A DNA stretch of 64,000 nt from a virus: IMG/VR virus record IMGVR_UViG_3300008259_000237, positions 5,138-69,137 of that record. One strand, given 5' to 3'. The translations under genes and the position numbers were made by a program. Below the pieces are notes generated by a model. That model did no database searches, had not been told where the DNA came from, and saw only the letters and a list, made by a program, of their open reading frames with translations. Of this stretch, positions 30,131 to 40,400 are shown piece by piece. Position 1 is the stretch's first letter. Every line of letters begins with the position of its first letter.

Positions 30131-30592
30131 TTATAAATAGGATGGTTTCAAGGAAATTCCAGCATATTCATAAGTTAAATTTTTAGCTGAAAAAATGTCA
30201 GTAAGAGTCGAAAGCAAAGTTTTTATGTGAGGACGGATATCTACGGTGTATCTTATTTTAGGCGGGAAAACCTTAGCATCCATCTGATGATGACAAATTG
30301 TCATATCACCATGTTTGATAAACATGCTGAAGTGTTCTGGGCCATCAGTGTAAGATGTGTTTAACACCTCGGGGTTGCTTTGGATTTCATAAGAATTCTC
30401 AAGCATGTAGTCAATTGTTTTCATCTTAAGTTGATGTAGCATCTTATCCTTAAACTCGGTTAGATACTCATGCAAATCAATTGAATACTTCGCATGTGGA
30501 TTAAAATCCCTAACATTAAAAAATCTTTGGACGATGATGTTGTCATTTACCATCATCAAGAACTCCAACTTTGTTGAATCTTGCTCTTTCAT
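30131..30592 (-). CDS. Hypothetical protein
   Basis: 153-aa ORF inside the replication operon. Confidence 0.7.
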   Translation of the reverse strand: MKEQDSTKLEFLMMVNDNIIVQRFFNVRDFNPHAKYSIDLHEYLTEFKDKMLHQLKMKTIDYMLENSYEIQSNPEVLNTSYTDGPEHFSMFIKHGDMTICHHQMDAKVFPPKIRYTVDIRPHIKTLLSTLTDIFSAKNLTYEYAGISLKPSYL

Positions 30593-30597
30593 AAATT

Positions 30598-31430
30598 TTA
30601 CTTTTTGGTTTTAAATTGTTTTTTTTCTTTTCTTGTTAATTTCATAAATGGTTTTACGAAGTTTTAATCTCAAAAAATTCATTTCCATAGATACCTGATT
30701 TGGTTTTACCTGTTAGTAAGTTTTGTAATACTTTGTTGTCTTTGTCTTCTTTTAAAAGAAGTTCTGCCTTTTCTAAAATATCGGTAAAGGTAACCGGTTT
30801 TTCAAGTATTTCAGGAAATAATTTTACCAAAGTTTTTTCACCCAAATAATAAATCCCATCAATATTATCTGACTTATCACCAGATATTATCTTATAGGTT
30901 TTAACATTATAGTGGGGAATCTCAGCTTCATACAATCTGATGTAGTCACCTTTTTTGTATGTGAATTTTGTATTAGGTGAGTATATTGAGACGTTATCTG
31001 ATATTAACTGAGTCAGGTCTCTATCCGCCGAGAAAATGGTTATAATCTCATCATTTGCAATTTGACAATAGTAAGCAATTAAATCATCAGCCTCATTTCC
31101 GTTAATATCAACTTGACGAATAAACATTTCTTCAAGGTATTGTTTAATCCTTGATTTTTGTTCGTAAAGTGATTCTTCTTTAAAATCTTGGGGAAGCGGT
31201 CTACGATTTTCTTTGTATTGGGGATAAATTAATTTACGAGCGGATGAACTACCTTCCCCATCCCAAAACACAACGACCTTATCAAAATTTTCTTCTTCAA
31301 TAAAGCGTCGGGTGGTATTCAGAAAATGCCAAATACCCCCGACATGCCTTCCTTCGTGAAAGAAATCTCTTACTCCGTGAAATCCAATTTTAAGTAAATT
31401 GTTACCGTCAATTAATAATGTTTTGGTCAC
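30598..31430 (-). CDS. 5'-3' exonuclease / flap endonuclease (T4 RNase H or PolI N-domain-like), frameshifted near 30664
   Basis: LLIDGNN, VVFWDG, YKENR, EADD, SADRDL and GDKSDNIDGI. The ORF stops at 30654, but an out-of-frame tail NFVKPFMKLTRKEKKQFKTKK* runs to 30598. Confidence 0.88.
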
Positions 31431-31441
31431 AAGTAAGTTTA

Positions 31442-32309
31442 TTATTGTTCAACTTCTTCTTTCAAATCAAAATCCAAATCTACAACACCAAGAACATCTT
31501 TCCAATATTCAGCATGTTCTTTTTTGTATGACTCAATAGATGCCTTTTCTTCTGCGGGTTCTTTACCCGCCATAAATCCATGTGGTGTAACTATAATTTT
31601 ACCATCTTCATAACCAAGTCCGTTGATGTGATTTTTCAACACAGAAACTTTGGTTCTTGTGGCAAATTTAACAGTTCTCTTGTCTTTTGTTGCCGTAATC
31701 TTTGTAGTGCCAGCACCTTTTTGATTACCAAACAAAAATACCAAAGATGAGTTTAACCAAAATACCAATCTTGTCAGCAAGTACTGAAGCGTTATGTTGC
31801 TTTCCACCCTTACCTTCAAATGTCATCTTACATGGGACTGAACCAACAGAATCCCAAAGGAATAACAAACTGTAATCTAATTCACCTTTTTCTTGAGCAT
31901 CTAATAATGAATTGATGTATTCTGTAATCTGTTCAATATAATCAAAATTATTATTGAATAGATAGAACCCATCCCAATCAATCTCACCTGTTGTCTCATC
32001 AACGACTTCTTCGCACTGAAATCCCATAATACGAGCATGGTCAAATGACCACTTTTGCTCGGTAATGATGAATACAGGTAGAATTCCTTTCTTCTGAGCG
32101 TCAACTGCCGCCTTAACAAGAGCGGTTGTTTTACCTGTATCAGAATGACCCAAGAACATATTGATATGTCCTATTGCGGGTCCTGGAAGTCCAACCGCAT
32201 CCAAAAATTCAGTTCCCAAATCAAAATACCTTTGTGGTTTGTATTTTGCTGAGGTTGAGAATTTGGATTTGATTGATTCAAGTCCAATTTCTTTTTTCTT
32301 AATTGCCAT
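31442..32309 (-). CDS. RecA/UvsX-like recombinase, split into two frames near 31761
   Basis: Walker A GHSDTGKT and Walker B FLWDSV in ORF 31725..32309. The C-terminal WLNSSLVFLF..TKVSVLKNH part is in ORF 31442..31819. Confidence 0.88.
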
Positions 32310-32523
32310 TGTTATTAATTTTTACCATCAATTGTAATGTCTCCAACTTGTCTTTTGCGTTTGCAAGTTTTTCAACAAATTTATCCATTTCTTCAATATG
32401 TTGTGGATGTTCTCCAATTCCAACAGGATTAGAAAGATAAATTAAAATTTCGGCCTCAGCCTCTGCAATGTCGGCTTCATACTTCTTGATGAGAGCCGAA
32501 TAAAGTTTTTCTGCTATTGTCAT
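32299..32523 (-). CDS. Small helical-hairpin hypothetical protein
   Basis: 74 aa with an NPVGIGEHP motif recalled from aquatic phages; overlaps the recA start. Confidence 0.7.
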   Translation of the reverse strand: MTIAEKLYSALIKKYEADIAEAEAEILIYLSNPVGIGEHPQHIEEMDKFVEKLANAKDKLETLQLMVKINNNGN

Positions 32524-32545
32524 GTTTTTAATAAATTTTAAAATT

Positions 32546-32583
32546 AAAAAGCATGGACACCATTTTTAAGATAGTGTCCATGC
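32546..32583 (-). terminator. Hairpin, probable terminator after the SSB gene
   Basis: 10-bp stem GCATGGACAC / GTGTCCATGC, 13-nt loop, followed by U5 on the minus strand. Confidence 0.65.
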
Positions 32584-32590
32584 GTATAAA

Positions 32591-33436
32591 TTAGAATGGC
32601 ATTTCGTCATCGGGGTCTGACTCAGCCTGAGGGTCAGTGTAAGAACTTCCACCCATAGACATTGTTGTTTCTTCTGAATTACCGTAAACATATTTACCAG
32701 CATCAGAGTCCCAACGAGGAGTTTCACCACGAGCAATTGCTTCCAAGTATTCAACAGGTTTCTTAGAATACACATCCGACCAACTAAGCTCATCTTTTAC
32801 CCACGAATCTGCGGTTTCCTTATCTTCATGAACGGGAGTTGGGTCATCATACATGATTGTTTGAATCACGGTGTAAGTTGCTCCTTTTGGAGTTTTCGCC
32901 TTAGTCATTTCAAGAATGATGTCACGACCTTTTTCAGGGTCTGTGATATCACCCTTAGCTCTCCAAATTGGGATGATTTTGTCAAGAATACCTTCATTCT
33001 TGTAGTTGTGTTTAAAACGCCAGAACTTAACTCCGTCCTGTTCGTTATCTCGGTCAATAACTTTTACAATATAGAACTTACGAGGTTTGTATTGTTTTGC
33101 AAGCTCCTTATCCGCCTCTTTTCCTGTGGACATAAGTTCTTCATAAACTTCAGTGAGTGGTGAACGCTCATTGTCGTTCTTACCTGGGTCGTAGATTTTA
33201 TTCCACTTACCATCAACTTGAACTTCGTGATACCATACTTCTTTGAACGGTGAACTTCCGTCTTTTGTTGGGAGAATTCGTAGTCGCTTTTGACCTTGTT
33301 TTTCGCTGTCTTTGAGAATTGCCGCGAAATATTTTTTCATTCTTTCATCTTGAGACATTTTTGAGGTGTTAGATGAACCACCTTGTTTTGACTGCTCATA
33401 CTGAGCTAAAACCGAATCTAAAGTGTTTGTCGCCAT
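32591..33436 (-). CDS. Single-stranded DNA-binding protein (T4 gp32-like)
   Basis: RLRILP, FYIVKVIDR, DITDPEKGRDI and acidic tail DPDDEMPF. Confidence 0.85.
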   Translation of the reverse strand: MATNTLDSVLAQYEQSKQGGSSNTSKMSQDERMKKYFAAILKDSEKQGQKRLRILPTKDGSSPFKEVWYHEVQVDGKWNKIYDPGKNDNERSPLTEVYEELMSTGKEADKELAKQYKPRKFYIVKVIDRDNEQDGVKFWRFKHNYKNEGILDKIIPIWRAKGDITDPEKGRDIILEMTKAKTPKGATYTVIQTIMYDDPTPVHEDKETADSWVKDELSWSDVYSKKPVEYLEAIARGETPRWDSDAGKYVYGNSEETTMSMGGSSYTDPQAESDPDDEMPF

Positions 33437-33464
33437 TTTATATAAAAATTTAAAAGTTTACTAA

Positions 33465-33493
33465 ATTATAAGTGTCAGCCGTGGTGTTGTCAA
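33465..33493 (-). promoter_or_regulatory. Consensus sigma70-type promoter for the replication operon
   Basis: Minus strand TTGACA-17 nt-TATAAT, 28 nt upstream of the SSB start. Confidence 0.85.
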
Positions 33494-33496
33494 ATT

Positions 33497-33520
33497 AAAA
33501 AGGGACCGAAGTCCCTTTTT
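33497..33520. terminator. Intrinsic terminator (symmetric A/U tracts, UUCG loop on the minus strand)
   Basis: AAAAAGGGAC CGAA GTCCCTTTTT directly after the 33521 stop codon. Confidence 0.85.
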
Positions 33521-34198
33521 TTAATACTTGACTTCTTTAAACGAAGACGGTTCTCCGTCTTCTTCAAAATCTCTAAAACTCTTTTTAATCTCCATAGGTG
33601 AGAATTCCTCAACATCATCCTGAGTTAAAACATATTCATTTTTACCTGACTTTTCAAGGTCTTCTTGTTTATCTTCAAAAAATTGTGAAAGTTTCTGATT
33701 ATAAGGTCCCGAATCCAAACTTCTAAGTTCTAATTTTTCCTCAGGAGTTTTAGGTCTATATTTCTCAACCTTCGCCTCCAAGTCATTTAACTTAGAAACA
33801 ATTTGGTCCATATTGGCAAGTTTACCTTCTAATTCATCAAGATGTTTGAATAAATTATCAAAATATTCTTCTTGTTTTTTTTCAATCTTTTCTTGTGATT
33901 TTACTAAATCGGTAACCTCAATATCCTTTTTGTTTTCCTTATCCCCACCAACTTTTTCAACGTCAGGGTCATTTGCCGTGTCTACAGGTTGTGCCGGAGT
34001 CGCCTCTGCTGTTGGGTCTGTTCCAGGTGCGGGTGGTAATGTTGGTCCACCTGGTGGAGGTGGTGGAGGTGGTGCTCCACCTGCTGCAGGGTCTCCTGGT
34101 GGAGGTGGTGGTGGAGGAGGAGCGTCTTGCTCGTTGATATATCTGTTTATTTGACTATATCTTGCAATTTCATTTAAGATTTTTGTATCTATTCTCAT
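33521..34198 (-). CDS. Pro-rich / coiled-coil protein, possible internal head or scaffold-like protein
   Basis: ILNE..INEQ leader, two poly-Pro tracts and a heptad coiled coil. Start 34198 preferred over 34210. Confidence 0.6.
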   Translation of the reverse strand: MRIDTKILNEIARYSQINRYINEQDAPPPPPPPPGDPAAGGAPPPPPPPGGPTLPPAPGTDPTAEATPAQPVDTANDPDVEKVGGDKENKKDIEVTDLVKSQEKIEKKQEEYFDNLFKHLDELEGKLANMDQIVSKLNDLEAKVEKYRPKTPEEKLELRSLDSGPYNQKLSQFFEDKQEDLEKSGKNEYVLTQDDVEEFSPMEIKKSFRDFEEDGEPSSFKEVKY

Positions 34199-34202
34199 TT
34201 TT

Positions 34203-34427
34203 TTAACCATTTAAAAGTTGTTTAACCCCAGTTGTTGTTTCAACTTGAATTTTTTTATTCTGTTTCATTGTGTTGTCAACGCGTTCAATTAAACCGTCTT
34301 TCATTCTTAGGGTGTAACATTCACCAGTATCTAAGTCACAAACTTCTTTATATCCGTTACCGGTTTCTTTTTCTGTGATACGAGTATTTTTTCCTAAATA
34401 CCTATCTAAAGCATCTTTGGTTGTCAT
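34203..34427 (-). CDS. Hypothetical protein
   Basis: 74 aa with VCDLDTGEC; TATTTATA motif upstream. Confidence 0.65.
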   Translation of the reverse strand: MTTKDALDRYLGKNTRITEKETGNGYKEVCDLDTGECYTLRMKDGLIERVDNTMKQNKKIQVETTTGVKQLLNG

Positions 34428-34467
34428 AGTGTTTTTATTTATAAATATCTTACTAAATTAAAAATTA

Positions 34468-37400
34468 TTAGTTTGTTGAGTTAAATAAACTTATTGCCGA
34501 CTTAACTTCATTTTGCAAACTACTTAACTGTGATGGGTCGTAATTAGAATAGATAGCATCCCTACCAGAAGTGTTAGCCGCAAAATTTTCAATCCAAAAT
34601 TTAGTGTATTCAACTTCAGTAGGATTATTAGGCATGGTAACAATTCTTCCTTTCCATCTTTCAACTAAAAATGTCAACGAAGTTTTTAAACTATCAAAAG
34701 AAGCATAAGGTACATTATCACCAGAACAGAAATAAGTTTTATTTATGTAATTATCTCCCCAATATTCATTCAAATCTAAACCTATAAAATTATAATTATT
34801 CGCCTTAAATCCTGAAGGTTGTGCCGCGGAAGCGATATAAGTTGAGACAAATACCATAATTTTAAGATTATTTTTATCAACATCTCCGAGAGATATGTCA
34901 TCAACCAATTCTTTTATTTTATTCTTAACTTCATTAGCGGTTGCGGTTCTACTAACCGCCTGTTCTTTTGTAAAGTTCGCATAACTTGTATTTGCAGAGC
35001 ACGATTGATTGGCCGAGGCACTACTTGACGGGTTGGTTGTGACAAAATTATTTAATTGTTGTGATATTGTTTTAGCGTTGTCTGCGGTCTTCTGAGCTTT
35101 GTCTTGAGCCTCTTTCTGTCTCTTACTTTCCTCAACAATACTGTTTAATAAATTTGTTTTCAACAAAGTTAAAAACTGTTCTACTTTTGGTAAAGATGCT
35201 GTTGGTTGTCTAATACCCTCCACTATTGTTTCAAAATTACCAGGATTTATTGAGTGTGTTACTTTTAGAATCATATATGGTCCATGAAACATTGGTACAT
35301 ATCTTAGATTGAAGTACATAGTTGGTTGCATCATTGCATTACCCATCATACTAATTGTACACGAATAACTTCTATTTTTGTAAAGATTATATAAAGATGT
35401 ATTTTGGGTACCGACCGCTCGGTTGCCTGCCTGATTTGCCATCTGTTCAATAACTTCTAAAGATTCTGCAGTACTTTGACTATTTCCTTGGCTAACATTA
35501 AATCCATGAAATATTGATTGATTTTGTGGCCCTATGTCAACAGTAAAACCAACAACTTTATTTGATTTGTCCCAATCTTTCTTATCTATTTGATTTTCTG
35601 CTAGCGGGTTATTTGAAGACCTTGTTATTTCAAATGAATCATCTCTAAACATGTAATCAACATTATCCTTTACGTCAACATGCATACTTGGTTGATTGGT
35701 ATAAAAACAAACCATCTTAGTTGACGACTCCCTGTAATCTACTTCTAAAAATGTTCCAAACAAATTATTTGCAAATATTGAAGTGTTGTCTAACTTGGGT
35801 TTTGCATTCTTTTGAGCTTCTTGGACATTATAAAAATTCATGTACCCCGGTATACTCATAACCACGAAGTTATTTTCTTCCAAAATAGCATTTACAAAAG
35901 TTTGCATGTCCATTATGGGTTCAACAGTTTTTAATCTACTTTTAAGTTTGTATATATCACATAAAACAAAGTCGCCCACATTTCTACTCGCTCTATCTAA
36001 TAGTAAGACATCTTCAAATAAAGTTTTTTGTTTAAAATCATTACCTGCAATCCATTTATCATTAATTGCTTTAAAAGTTCCCCACAAATCCACTTTAGGT
36101 TGGGGTCCTTCTAAAACAGATTGTTTAATGGTCTCAGGGACTATTGTGAAATTAGCATAAGAATTTCTCAATTTAATAAACACAGAATCCAAAATTTTAT
36201 TCTGAAATTCTTCAATTTTTCTATTATAGATATCGACAGAATTAGATAAGGCGTTTGATGACCATTTACCCTCAGGGTTTGGTGACTCTGTGTATTCTGG
36301 AATCGGGGCAATTTCTTTATTCACAATAAATTGTGGGTCATCAGGATTTTCAGAAAAAAATCCAAAGTAATCAACAATTCTTTCCTTTATAAGTTTGTTG
36401 TTTACATCAGAAATACTTGATGATATAGGTAGACCAGTAATAATCTCTTGGTCATTCTCGTCCCTTAATTGAGCAACTCTTCTAGGTCCCTGCTTAAATA
36501 CTAAAACTCTATAACCATTTTTTAAGTATGCTATTTCCAAAACATTTTTTGGTAATGTTGGTGTAGAAGGTAAAGATGGTGGTGTTGGGTCTTTTTGGTA
36601 TTGTGTTAGTTTTTGGGTTGCGTAAATCTTAATCATCGGATAAAGATTTTTAATGTTGTTCTCATTAAATGCAACATTTAAATCAATAAAGAAATCCGTA
36701 ATATAAGAACCTGAATTGGAATATTCTAAACTTGAGAGTTCAGAAAACCCAACATACGTTTCAAGAGCTTTCCAAGCGTCAGGATAGTTTGATTTGGAAT
36801 TTGCTAATGACACTAAATTATTACTAGCCGGTAATGCGTTAGGAGTTGTTTCTTTATAACCTTCCCAAGTAAATGGGTCCACAATTTGTACCGGTGCAAA
36901 ACTGTTAAATAATCTTTTATTATAGTTTGAGGGATTGCCAAATTTAAAAGCAACATCAAAGTTCATGAACTTTTCAATAGTATTTGCAATGTTAACTGTT
37001 TGACTATCTTTGATTTGGGAAATTATTTGGTCTCCAGTGTCTCCTGTTGTTTTAGGGACCTTCATCAAATTTGTAAATAAAATTTGGAAATTCTTAAAAC
37101 TTGCATTTAATTCGGCATCCGCATTTGTTGTTTGAGTAACATTTGTTGTTGCAGTAGTTGCTGTAGATTGATTTAGAACTGATGGGTCGGCGGTTGATGT
37201 AGTATCAGTTGCGGCCATTTGAGCATAATACTCGGTCATTGCTAAAGGTTTAATTAAACCAGTGTCTACATAATCGTACTTACATTTAGAAAAGTTTAAA
37301 AATTCTTCTTCAAGTTGGTCTAATATTTCTTTTTCAAAAACTGAAAAAATTTCAGATATTTTTGTATAGTTAACACTACCATTTAATGTAAAATTATCTT

Positions 37401-40400
37401 GTTCTTCTTTATCGAAGAAAATTGTTTTAAGGTATTCTGATGGTGATGGTTTTGTTAGTTTTGATAAATCAAAATACCCGAAATGTGGTGAAGCCCAAAA
37501 CATTCTTACCGACCCGTTGTACATTGAGGCATTATTATTAACCTCAACTTTAATTTGACCATTTTCAAAACATTCATTTTGAACTTGATTATAATTAGAG
37601 CCTTGTGACGGGAAAACATATTGGTTTCTTCCCGTATTATCATCAACTAACACAGACCAATTAATAATTCGTAAATCTCTTTGTGGATTACTTGGGTCAA
37701 ACCCTTCGGGGAAATCTAAAATAGAATCTGACGAATATTCTATTTTAATACCTTTGGCCAATGCGTCTTGTATTGATTGAGTACTATATGGTGTGTTAAA
37801 GAAGTTGGTTACGGTAAAAGAACTTCCTGATAAATTTTGACTTGTGCTAACCAAGTAGGTTCCGGTTCCGCCCGGTGTCCCTCCAGGTTCTTGACTTAAT
37901 ATTGTCGTTGTTCCTAAACCTTGTACATTTAAGACATAACCCGCAGTCAAACTATTGAAATTTACTGATGATACGGTCATTACGTTTCCTTGAAAACTAC
38001 AAACCCCTTTAATATCAACATCTGTATTTATTATTTCAAATCCTTGGAAGAATACATTAAATTTATTTATTAGTCCGGGGTAAAATCCTGTGTTAATTAC
38101 CGTAGATGTTTCAGTACCAAATATTGTATCTTTTTGTAGTACTATATCAAATGGGGCCCCCTCTAAAATTAACCCGTATATCTTTGTAGGGTCATTTCCT
38201 TGTGGGTCGTAATTTTTTACAGCATCAAAATTAGTCCAAGATATATCTAAAATATCAATTCCATCCTCAATAAATTTTTTATATCGATACCATATTGACC
38301 CTATCTTTAAAATCCAAGGATATGGGACTTTATGAATTGCCCCAAATTTTTTCATTGTTGCAAAAATGTAATCCAAAGGTTTACTAAACACACCTTCATC
38401 ATTACTTGTCTCAAACGTTTGATATTTTTCTCTTAAAGTCGCTAATGGTAAACTATTAATAAATAAATAAGCGGGTACGGTATATGGATTTAAATCGTTG
38501 TTTCTAAACTTTTCAACACCTTCAACTATTGAATTAATAAAGAATGGTGTGTTAAACATTGAAGTGGTTTGGGCACTACTAACTAATCCATTGTACGATG
38601 AGTAATTAACATTTCCTTCGGTGACTAATTGTTTTTTGGGAGTTCTACCTTCGTAAAATGATTTTATAGTATCGGTATCAACTTGTGGTACAACAGTTTT
38701 TTTATACACAAAGTTTGTTACCGGTCTAACTGAGTCAGGTTTTGTAAATCCTAAAAAGTTTGTAATAATTTTTTTAGAATCGTTAAATGATATAACATTA
38801 CTAGTTTCAAAAGCACCCTTAATACCTCCCGAAGAATTTCCATTAGCCAAACCTTGTTGGCAAAAAGTTGGATTTGTGAATGGGTATATGTCAGTAAAAT
38901 CTACAATATTTGATACTGTTTTTGCAGAAATAAATTCTGTAACATTTTTTTCACTTTCTAATGATAATAATGGCGTACTTATAGGTGTTAGTAAAGTTGC
39001 AACATCCATAAACTCAAATTCCGCATTATTTTGTAAATTTTTAATATAACTTGAATTAAAAATACCTCTTAGATAATTCTGCCAACTCTGTCCTGTTCCT
39101 TCATTTGAAAAGTGTCTTAATGTGTTTAAATAATTTGCAGAGTTAAACCCATAGTTTTTAATTTTTTCAATTAAAAACGGATTTGTCGAGCCCAACGCCT
39201 CTAACACATTTCTAGCTTCCGCATCCGCAATTGCATCAACAACCTTATCGGTTTCACCTAAGGATTCATTGGCTCTTGACAATTTTGAATAATTTGAAGT
39301 AAAAAATACTCTTTCGTAAATTTCAAAGAAAAATTTAATTTCTTCTTTATTGTAAAAGACACCATTATTAATGGGGTATTCTATCGCATTAAAACTAATT
39401 CTTTTTACATCAGATAATTGATTGAAATTTGTTACCTGATTTTGAGGGGGTTGGGTTCTTTCAACATATCCTTTTATAAACTCCTCTTCGAATTCTATTT
39501 CAGGCCAAGCCTCATAATCAAATCCCTGTGTTTGAGTAATAACATCAGAATCACCAGGGTATTTTATTTCAAACATTTCCTTTCCTCCCTCTCCCGTTGT
39601 CGCAACTAGAAATTGAGGCCATGGATACACCGGGGTTTCCGCGTCTAAACCTGAATTTAAATTATCAGGATTTGCTTCTGCAGTTTGTTTGTTGAATATT
39701 GCGGCTTTTCTTACAGGATTATTTCTTTGATTCCAAGCTTCTCTATGAGTATCGTCCATCAATCTAATAAACGCCTCTCCATTTGCAAAAATAACCGCCA
39801 ATACATTTCTTATTGTTGGTGAAAATCCTATTCCGTTATCAGAACTCTGTAACAGTTTTTGTAGAGCGTCTGTTAATTCTTGTTCTATCTGTAATCTGAT
39901 TGCTTTAAGTTTCTTCTCCATTTCCGCAATCTCACCTAAAAATGTTGGATTTAAAAAATTTGAAACTTTATTTAAAATTTCCTTCTCGTTGTTTTCAAAC
40001 GCAAAATACTTATAAACTTGTTTTATCTCCCCATTAGAAAGTGTTACATCTGCCGAGTTTAGAACCGCCCTTGCTCTTAAATCTTGTTCCAACGCAATGT
40101 ATTCCGCAGAACTAGTGTCCGTATATGCGGATGTACCTCCGCTAATTAATCTTATAGTTTCTGTAAAATCAATTTCATCTACACTTGTAAATGTTCTTAA
40201 AAAAGTTGTATCTAAAGTTATATTAAATGGGATTGATGCTGGTTTTGTTTTACCATCGATTGTGTAATTTCCATTAGTTCCGACAGTTTCATTGTTCTTT
40301 AGAATTCCATTATATTTTTGGATTATTCCATCTAATTTAGATGTTGCGTCGGCTTGAGCTTGTTTGTCAAATTCAGGTTTGAACGTATATACCTTTGTTT

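Noticed and set aside
25319-32309. Introns or inteins in nrdA, nrdB, helicase or RecA
   Set aside because: Lengths are normal or too short. There is no inserted sequence, intein C..HN boundary or homing endonuclease motif.
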